This document shows positions 30,977-40,051 of a stretch of 40,051 nt of DNA, piece after piece. The position numbers and the translations under genes were made by a program. The notes below the pieces were generated by a model, which saw nothing but the letters and a program-made list of their open reading frames with translations, did not search any database and was not told the DNA's origin. This DNA comes from Proteromonas lacertae (Eukaryota), in the NCBI GenBank assembly GCA_002245135.1, contig NGBS01001206.1:1-40051 (forward strand). Reading direction: 5' to 3'. Positions within the stretch are counted from its first letter, which is position 1. Each line of letters begins with the position of its first letter.

Positions 30977-31290
30977 TTTCTTTCATTATTATAACTCTCC
31001 ACTCTTCTATTAAACAAAATAATTCATACTCTTCTATTTCTACAAACTTTCTGAGCAACACCATTTCTAAGTCTTCTGAATCTTGTTGCGGTGCTAACTT
31101 ACCAAAGAAAGTTTCTTCGTTTATAATATCTGCATATCTTGAACTTATATGAATAAACCAACTTTTGATCAGGTATAGCTTTTCAACATCAAAGTATAAC
31201 ACAACAAGGGTTGTTCATCAGTTCCATCGATCAAAGAACGAAGCATACTTTGAATATATCAGATGCTTCTATACCTTAACATCACTCCCA
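30969..31290 (-). pseudogene. Orphan ORF remnant
   Basis: The 77-aa ORF extends upstream in frame as FYGSDVKV*KHLIYSKYASFFDRWN**TTLVVLYFD. Confidence 0.4.
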
Positions 31291-31369
31291 TAAAACACTA
31301 TTAAAAAATTCCTTAAGAAATATATCAAGTAGTTTCACATCATCAATATGTAGTATGCATAGTTAAAGA

Positions 31370-32337
31370 TTAAATGGTTCTTATTTTAATGCACTTATTT
31401 TTACTCCTTAAACATGCCAAACTAAAATATGTGCTTGATCTACAACCTATCAATATATTACATTCAGATAAAATATAATTTTCTGATATTAGCCGGATGA
31501 CACATTCATTTCTTTTAAGTTTTCCGTGCATAAAATTGCTTGCATGGCATATATCACCTGGAATAGAATAATTAATTATATTCTTATTATATTTTAGTTT
31601 AAAATATCTCAATATTATTGAAGAATCTGATATAATGAATAACTTATAATTCTTATTATAATCTAAAATTTCATTTATCACTTTTGTATATAATGAAATA
31701 CTGTTGTTATTAAAAAAAATTGTATTCTTTTCTCCAAAATCTGATAAATACCCCGTTCGTATATGAACTCCAACAACAATTGCTCTCTTAAGCAATAATT
31801 TAAATCCTTTAATATATTTTGATATATACTTTGTAGGTATTAAAAATGTATGATGTAAAAACATTTCTAATGGCATATTAAGCTTATTTATTACAGGGAA
31901 TATAGTTTTTAGTTGTAGAGAATAATTAAAATATTGAAGAACGAGTGATGTAAAACTGTGATAAATAAATATTTTGATAGTTATATTCTTGTTTATTAGT
32001 TTGAGATTAGTTAAATTCTTTTTATTAAATGTGTAAAACTTAGTTGAATTACATTTTGAAAGAAAAATTGATAAAGGAAATTTGAAATAATTTAAAATCT
32101 CATACCAGTTAACTATATATAAGGATGATAACTAACTAATGATAGCAAGATACTACTAGTTAATGTAGGTATTTTATTTGCAAAACCACATCCCTTGTAA
32201 GGAGAGAATAAAATAAGAGATGTATATTTAATTTTATTAATTTTCATGAACTCATTCCAATAATATGTTTCATAATTGTTTTTATTATAATAAATTATAT
32301 ATAATAAAAGTATCAATTCTATAAATACTAACATCAT
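31370..32337 (-). pseudogene. Third NodZ/GT23-like fucosyltransferase, with a single 1-nt frameshift near 32120
   Basis: CGFANKIPT in ORF 32113-32337. Adding one base joins it to ORF 31370-31876 (VGVHIRTG, FIISDS, ENYILSEC, STYF). Clear paralog of 23041-23994. Confidence 0.8.
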
Positions 32338-32612
32338 AATGTTTTAGCAGCTTAAATAATTTAGAAAAAAGAGTCACCCATATAAATACTAACATGCAGA
32401 GAAATCTAACGGTTGAAAATGGTTATACTTCTAAGAAGTAAACTTACAAAATGAATATCATCTATTTGAATTTTCGATGATATGTCCTCCAAACATTTTA
32501 ACCATATATTTGAGCCAATTATTTTAACAACTCAACCAGGCTATGTTATATCACTTAACCATAGACTTGATGAGTCTATGCTGCATACGTAGCTTATCGA
32601 GAATATATCATT

Positions 32613-33681
32613 AATTGAAATTTATTTTTGTAATTTAGAATATTTTATAAATTTGTTGATTTAAATTGATTTTATTTCTTCTTTCATCTATATAACTTGT
32701 TTATAAACACTATTACACAAAAATAAATAAAATAGTTAACTTCTTACATAATTCAACACAAATAATACATAAAATGATTGGTTAATTCTTTTATCTCTAC
32801 ACCTGCACGAATATCTCGTCGTGCTATTGGTGTTTTTATAATTAAAAAAGAATAAGATGTTGCGCGCCGTTTGTCATAGTTGGTCGTTTGTCTACCAGAC
32901 ATTTTTAAAACAAACTAAATGTATATTCTTACTTGTTATATAACCTACCTCTGCAGTATACTTTCTTGTTAATATAAATAGCTTGAATATTTGCGCCGTT
33001 TGTTTTCTTGAAATTTTTGAAGCAAACTATATGTATATTTAGCTAATATAGACTAAAATACATTAGCTGAAATAATTAGAATGTAATAATTAGAATAACT
33101 TAATGTTGATCATAAGACATTTAAAATGAAAAAAGAAAATATAGAATCAAGCCTCACTCAAGCCAATATTTTACATTTCTTTTTTATATAGAAAGAATTA
33201 ATAATTATTACATTCTAATTATTTCAGCTAATGTATTTTAGTCTATATTAGCTAAATATACATATAGTTTGCTTCAAAAATTTCAAGAAACAAACGGCGC
33301 AAATATTCAAGCTATTTATATTAACAAGAAAGTATACTGCAGAGGTAGGTTATATAACAAGTAAGAATATACATTTAGTTTTGTTTTAAAAATGTCTGGT
33401 AGACAAACGACCAACTATGACAAACGGCGCGCAACATCTTATTCTTTTTTAATTATAAAAACACCAATAGCACGACGAGATATTCATGCAGGTGTAGAGA
33501 TAAAAGAATTAACCAATCATTTTATGTATTATTTGTGTTGAATTATGTAAGAAGTTAACTATTTTTATTTATTTTTGTGTAATAGTGTTTATAAACAAGT
33601 TATATAGATGAAAGAGAAATAAAATCAATTTAAATCAACAAATTTTATAAATATTCTAAATTACAAAAATAAATTTCAATT
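32613..33681. repeat. 1069-bp palindrome (~480-bp arms, 109-bp spacer)
   Basis: 32613-33092 is the reverse complement of 33202-33681 apart from a few differences, mostly homopolymer indels. Confidence 0.95.
32858..33436. mobile_element. Foldback/MITE-like element, copy 3 (centre of the palindrome)
   Basis: Termini tgttgcgcgccgtttgtcata...tatgacaaacggcgcgcaaca; same core as copies 1 and 2. Confidence 0.9.
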
Positions 33682-34842
33682 TATGTATACCTACTTTAAC
33701 GACAACTCGGTGGAATAGTTTATATATTATGTTAAAGAAATTTTATGAAAGTAAAGAAATATTGCATCAATATTATGAAGAAAAAACAAATGAATACAAA
33801 AACAATCTTAAACAGTATACACAAGAAAACTTATAAAACCAAAAGAAGATGAGTTGCTGAAATTTATTCCTTCCCTTACCAATATAGCGTATGTTATTCT
33901 AGATAAACTATGTGATATACTCGAACCATTATACAAACTTAATAAGATATTGGAAGATGGAAACATGACTATGGGAATGGCTGTATTACATTATAAACAG
34001 ACTTTATTTCAGTTCAAAACAGGTTATCCATCAAAGATACAGGAATATGCTGAGAGTATCAAAATTAATATGATAGAAAGACTAAATAATATATGTAATG
34101 ATAGTGATTTGCCTCTGTTGTGCTGCATGTTGACCCTAGAGTAAATCATTCATTCTTCATAGTACTCTAGGGTTTAGCGATTCAGAATTTGAAAAATAAA
34201 AGTTTATTAATTAATTCATTGAATTATATAATTACTGAAATCGAAGAAACATATTTAATAGAAAAAACTACATTAGATAAATATCTTGCAAAAGCAGTAA
34301 AAGAAAGAGATTAATTATGCCAAATGAAGCACAAGAATATTTGCAATATGATATTCATTACAGCACCTCTGAAACCATCGGAAATATCTGGCTATCATTA
34401 AAGTCCAAGTTTCCTAGGGTATACATACTTGCCAAGAACAGTTTAAACAGTCTAGCAACATCTTCAGAGCCAGAAAGAATATTTTCCGAGGCTGGACAAT
34501 AAGTAACTTATCCAAATCAAATTTATCATGTGATAGATTACAAATGAAACTGATGATTAGTAGAAATAAATAAGAACATAATTATATAAAATACCTAATT
34601 ATTGTTGAGTATTAAATTGTAATTCTTTATAGAAAGTTAGAATTTATTTAATTGAATTGAAAATATATGAATCAAGTATTAAAATATATTATAAGATAGT
34701 TTTTATGAAGGGAAAATTAGTATAAAATGAATTAAAATAGATTTTATAATATAACGGCTTGTAAGGCTTGACAGACCGACTGTTAAGGCAAAACCTATAG
34801 GTTTTGACCTATCTCCGTCGGTAACCGATAAATACAACCCTG
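33437..34842 (+). mobile_element. Decayed hAT transposon: 3' part of the transposase and right terminus
   Basis: TTTRWNSLYIML (~33700), ILEPLYKL, and dimerisation domain W...KFPRVYILAK...ATSSEPERIFSEAG. Ends atacaaccctg (34842), identical to the TIR at 38216-38226. Confidence 0.85.
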
Positions 34843-35171
34843 GTTAAAATATAAACCAACTGAAGAGGAGAGTAGAAAAACCAAAATGTTAAAATGTAGT
34901 GGCATTGATGAAAAGAACACTTTAACATACAAATTTTGTTTATTATATATATAATGGACTGAACACATGATGATGATATTGATATAACAACCTAAAAATA
35001 GAAAAGATATAGCAAAGTCAGATCCAGATACTACTCTTCACTTTTACAGATCGTAGAAATATGAAGAAGAGAGGATATGAAGAAGTTATTAATATTCAGA
35101 CATATAATAAAAATTATACTAAATTATATTGTTTATTATATTATATATTCACATTTCATTATTACTTATTA

Positions 35172-35598
35172 ATGATTACTATAATAGTTATATTAACTAT
35201 AATATCATTTGCAAAAGTGAATTGTTTAAAAGTAATGAAATGCAAACAAAAATGTTTGACTCAGCAGAACAAGATCAATTTACCATTCTAATACTAATTT
35301 ATATATTTATATAATTTCTGAATGCGAGCAAATATCAGAAAGAATAGCAGTAAGATTAACATGGGGAAAAAATACGAAAGATATAACTGTTAGGTTTATA
35401 ATAGGTATAGGAAATAAAATGTGTATAAATAATTATAAAATTGAAAGCCAAATATATGGAGATATAATTCAGTTAACCATTTATGAATCTTTTGCAAATG
35501 AAACATTATTTTGTCTTTATACAATGAAGTATTTAAATGAATTATGCCCATATGCTAAATATTATGCAAAAGTTGATGTAGATAGTTTTGTATATTAA
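35172..35598 (+). pseudogene. Truncated, frameshifted GT31 galactosyltransferase
   Basis: ERIAVRLTWG, ESQIYGDIIQL..YESFANET, YAKVDVDSFVY*. Confidence 0.75.
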
Positions 35599-35699
35599 AC
35601 AACTATACAATATCATTAAACTTTTGAATTTCTTTATTACATTACAGTTATAGAAATAATCATTATGCATTTGATGCTAATAATATTGTATGTGATATA

Positions 35700-36480
35700 T
35701 ATATATACGTTTATTAATTCTTTTTTCTCCTTTTTTGATATACTTAGATGTATTGCTTTTACAAAATATGTACTATCAACAACAATCGAGTTATTATCAT
35801 TTAGCATCAATGCCAAAATAATATTATCATATCTTACTCTTCTACTATTATTTGATTTAGAATGATTATTTTAGAATATGTAAAAGAATATCTTGAAAAA
35901 ATAAAATAATCTATTCCTTTTCCAGAATGAATCTTGCTTTTTTTCCATACATTGTCATGGTTTGCATATATGGAATAATATCTCCAAGATATATCTCCTC
36001 TCTTTCCTACTATCAATATTTCTTTGTGTAAAAGATTATAATTATTAAGTAATTGTTTATTATTTTCCCATATTCTTATGAAATACAATATCAGAATTAA
36101 AATAATAATAAATTTACAATTTGTTAATGTTATTCATTCTTTTATCATTGGATAAAAGAATGAAGATCCATAACTATTATTCCTAAAATTTAATTTTGAT
36201 AAGATATACTTGGAATTTTAATGAATAGACATTTATTTAAACAATGTATGTAATATGATTTAATATCATACTGATAATAAATTACGATTAGTCCATTTTC
36301 ATTTACTATTTTTAATAAACTAGACAATGATTTATTAAATATATTGTGATTATATGAATACAAAGGTGGTAATGTAGTTATAAAAGTATAATCATAAATT
36401 TTTAAATATGTTTTATAATTTAATATCAAAACAATAATATAATAAAGAATTGTAACAATAGAAAGAAATATTTAAATATC
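35700..36480 (-). pseudogene. Frameshifted GT-A-like membrane-anchored protein
   Basis: Fragments FITTLPP, NSDIV, IVGKRGD, HSGKGIDYFIF, RVRYDNII, VVDSTYFVKAIH across several frames. Confidence 0.55.
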
Positions 36481-37107
36481 TTATATTGATATTTTAAAAT
36501 GGCTTTGTTATATCAAATTCAATATCAATCCAAATTTTGTTTTAATAAAATGAAATAGTTAGTGCAAATTAATGAAAATAGATTTTTTTATTACAGTGAT
36601 AGTTTTGATAGAAGGTTATGTAACTTCATCATAGTTTTATTATTATTATTGAAACTCTATATTCTAATGTAAAACGATTTCTTACTTTTGCAATTTTGGA
36701 TTTAACATCGATATATCTTTTTCAATAAAGTTAAATGGTTTCTTATTCTTGTACCTTTAATACCTGATAATTCAGAATAGTTTCTAATAGGTTTTCTTCT
36801 ATAAATTGATTTTAACACATCCAATTGCTGTTGGGTTATTTTTGTGTAATTTTTCTTTTTTTTGTTAATATAATTTCATTAGTTACAAATGTTACAGGTA
36901 ACAGTTGTTACTGGAGGTAAGCTATTATACTATATAATAAATATAACATACTGAATGTATAATAAATCTTAAAGATATAAAAGCTTGAGATTTGTATATC
37001 ATTTTAGTGAGTAAATTCACAAGTATTTTAAATACAAACTTGAAAGCTTGAATATTTTATTGAAAGTTCTCATAAATATTATTATAAGTATTTTATAGAA
37101 TTATGAT

Positions 37108-38226
37108 CAGTGTTGTATTTTTCGGTCAAAAAATATAGGTTTACCTATAGGTCAAAACCTATATCTTTAGCTTGACCTTTACCTTCCTTATACTAGCTAT
37201 TAGTTGACCTCCTATTGAACATGAGTTAAGAAGCATATAATCTAACCATATATACAAAATTAATGTTTTATACATCATCTTTTCAAATATCAAATTTGAC
37301 AGTCGGTCGATGCACTTTTATATTACTATTATTTTGATCTATTTCTCAATGATGACTCACAATAACATATTATTAACATAATATTAAATTAATTATAGAA
37401 TAAAAAAAATAAAAGAAAAAACATCAAGCTTGATGGTTTGACTAAGCAAATCTTTATTTTTTAAGATTTTGATCATTTAGATGTATAATTACTCAATATT
37501 TATAAGACTTTATAATATATGAAACCATAGGGATATCACATTACCCCCTATCGCATCAATAGAGTTGTGCATTTATTCAATTGCTTTGGAAAACGTGATT
37601 AAAATAAAATATTCAGATTATTACATATGGTAAAAGCCAAAGTCAATTCAGATTCTGCCAACAAAGATCTATGTAAATTAATAACCTTCAATGCAGTCAG
37701 TACCACAATATTAGACTCACCAGAATTTAGAAGGTTTTGCTTCAGACTAGGATATATTATACCTCTAAGAGAGTTTTATAATGCTTATTTATTTTCAGAA
37801 ACTGAGAAAGTAAGAGACTTATTGAAGACAAATCATTAATATCCAGAAATAGAGATTTATTATTATAATTACATTAATATTTGTTTTTTAGAGATAGTAA
37901 TCAATATAAATTAATCATCAAAATAACAAGTTGTTTATAAATATGTTAAATATCACTATTGAGTAGTTTGTAGATGAATTTTAATATATCAGAATAGATA
38001 TTTATACAATTTCAACCAATCTTATTCTAACTATGGTAATCAAAAGTAAAACAGGAAGCAGGAATAATATTTTATATAGTATGATAGTTTGTATTAAACA
38101 AATGTTACTCAGTAAGTAATTAAAATAGATTTTAACAAAATATGCTCGAGGTTTGACCGACCGTCGGTCAAAGCTAGATTATAGGTTTTACCTATAAGCT
38201 ATAGGTTACCTATTTATACAACCCTG
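37108..38226 (+). mobile_element. Non-autonomous hAT element with 11-bp TIRs and an 8-bp TSD
   Basis: cagtgttgtat...atacaaccctg (1 mismatch); attatgat on both sides (37100-37107, 38227-38234). Internal transposase fragment LITFNAVSTTILDSPEFRRF..LGYIIP at 37627-37839. Confidence 0.92.
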
Positions 38227-38280
38227 ATTATGATTAAGCGAAATAAAAAACATTATCAAAAATAGACAATCATATATATA

Positions 38281-39761
38281 TTATTTTTTCTTTAAACAAT
38301 GAAATAATCCCCATTTAATATAACCGGATTTACATTTTTCAAGTTGTTTATCACATTCTTTTAGTAACTCTTTGTATGATTCTACACCACAGATATCATG
38401 TAATGACTTCTTGAGAAGTATTGCTTGTTCTTTTATTTCTTTTAGTAAATCGAACAATTGCTTTGTACCATCTACTATATTGATAATATTAAAACCTACA
38501 GATTCAATTAACTGTTTATGTCCATGAAATGATGCTTCTTCATCTTTTTCATAACAAAAATCTGATATAAATATTTTACCATCAGGTTTTAACCATTTGT
38601 AGAATTTGTTAAGTATTTCTTTTTTATTATTGTTATATAATAATGCTTCTCTACTGTATATAATATCAAATTTATTTTCTTCATATTCAGTATTCATATA
38701 TTTTTGATAAAAAAAATGTAACATTTGGCTATAATATATATAAATATATACACAATTAAACTCTTTAGCTCTTTGTATTGCCACATTTATCATATTTGCT
38801 GATATATCAATTCCATGTACAATTACTCCATACTTATTTGCCATAAATATATCTTCTCCTCCTATACCGCATCCAACATCTAGTACAAGTTGGTTTTGCT
38901 TTAAATTCATTTTATCTACAATAGAACTTGTTGTTTTTAAACCACCTAAGCTGGAAAAGCCATAACCATATAGTTTTTCATACTGTAATATGTTATTATA
39001 AGTAAATTTTTGATTGTCTAGAAATATTTGCAAAGTACAATTATAAGGTATATTATTTGACTTAACTTTTTGAAATAACCAATAAGATTGATTCTTGTTA
39101 TTTTTAAAATCTTCATATGTTTTAATATTTCCATTTTTTATTAATTGATAGGAATATGTTTTATCAGATGTTCTATTAAATAAATTGTAATAGTATTCAT
39201 TATTTCTATAAAAAGTAGGATTAAAATTTCTCTCTTTATCTCCTGATTGATAAAAACATGATTCTCTTACAAATATATATCCTCCTTCTTTTAACCAACA
39301 TAAAGACTTTCTAGCAAAATCTTTACACTCATCGTCATTTAAATACATTAACAGCCAATTTGTGAATATAAAATTGTATGATTGAGGCTTTTCTATCATT
39401 TTTGTAGCATCATTACATTCAAAAGTACATGAGAATAATGTCCATTTAGTTCCTGATTCTATTACTTTACATATAAAATAATAATACTTTTTTAATAAAT
39501 GCTTCAAAAATCTACTGCTTTTAATGATTCACATATTTTTGCTATACACTTAACCCTACCTATTCCAGCACCAATTTCAATTACACTTTTACCTGTTAAA
39601 CAAGGAATGATTTTTAATATTTCATCCTATCACTAGCAGTTATAATCTGCATTATTGTCTAATAACATCTCTTTTAAAGACAATTCTTTACTATGTTGAC
39701 CAATAGCTTATCATTTTTTGTCTTGTATCTATAGAATTAATTTTATAGAATAAATACCCAT
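38281..39761 (-). pseudogene. PMT: Two-domain phosphoethanolamine N-methyltransferase with several small indels (pseudogene or assembly error)
   Basis: EMLLD, GKSVIEIGAGIGR, FTNWLLMYL, WLKEGGYIFVRESCFYQSGD..R..NPT, FLDNQ, SLGG, VLDVGCGIGG, WLKPDGK, WGLF. ATG at 39761; introns 39729-39757, 39459-39487, 38729-38751. Confidence 0.85.
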
Positions 39762-40051
39762 GTTAATCACTTATAAAATATAGCAATATGATAACTCAAA
39801 ATTTTATAATGATTATATATCAATTAGTAAGTCTTATAGAACTATTTACTTTAATCTGACTTATAATATATGGATTTTTTTATATATATTTTCTTCATTT
39901 TATGTATTATATTTACATTTTATTTTATTAATTATATACAAGTCTATCAAATAATCTGTTTGAAGAAATAAAAGATTTTGATAATTTAAATATGAATAAT
40001 TAAATTCTATAAATTGTACATATCCTTTGAATGAAATGCATATATCATATC

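Larger units (their letters stand above)
24540..31300. mobile_element. Polinton/virophage-like endogenous viral region, probably composite (boundaries approximate)
   Basis: pPolB remnant, adenain-like protease and rve integrase within 5 kb, plus orphan ORFs. No TIR, TSD, ATPase or capsid recognised. Confidence 0.75.

Noticed and set aside
32380..32610. Coding-like remnants (also 26450-26700, 34850-35110, 36560-36960)
   Set aside because: Fragmentary frames with no recognisable motif; they cannot be assigned without a search.
11281..33436. CRISPR array
   Set aside because: The repeats are dispersed inverted arms, not regularly spaced direct repeats; no cas-like ORFs; eukaryotic context.
39551..39560. 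Telomere-like taaccctacc
   Set aside because: It is PMT coding sequence (GGT AGG GTT A) and only one unit.

Overview
Very AT-rich eukaryotic (protist-like) DNA. It uses the standard code with genomic stop codons and has ultra-short GT-AG introns of 22-40 nt. Three layers are interleaved. (1) Tightly packed, mostly intronless clusters of membrane-anchored glycan-building enzymes: GT92, two GT2-like, HtrL/YibB, GT61, GT31, another GT-A, three NodZ/GT23-like fucosyltransferases, two FkbM and one other SAM methyltransferase, two OafA-type AT3-SGNH O-acetyltransferases, a DUF229 protein and a phosphoethanolamine N-methyltransferase. (2) Blocks of Polinton/virophage-like viral DNA: protein-primed PolB remnants, an adenain-like protease, an rve integrase, orphan ORFs and hairpins. 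(3) DNA transposons: a hAT element with an intact 8-bp TSD, a decayed hAT transposase and three copies of a foldback element. The most striking pattern is that each foldback copy (long inverted arms around an asymmetric ~110-bp core) lies just 5' of one of the three fucosyltransferase-like genes, resembling an invertible switch in front of glycan loci. Also notable are an operon-like four-gene run with 0-6 bp gaps, two apparent ATA starts, a VA-RNA-like hairpin candidate and a 1.07-kb palindrome. All family calls come from motif recognition by eye; no searches were run. The right ~8 kb carries many small indels that may be assembly errors.
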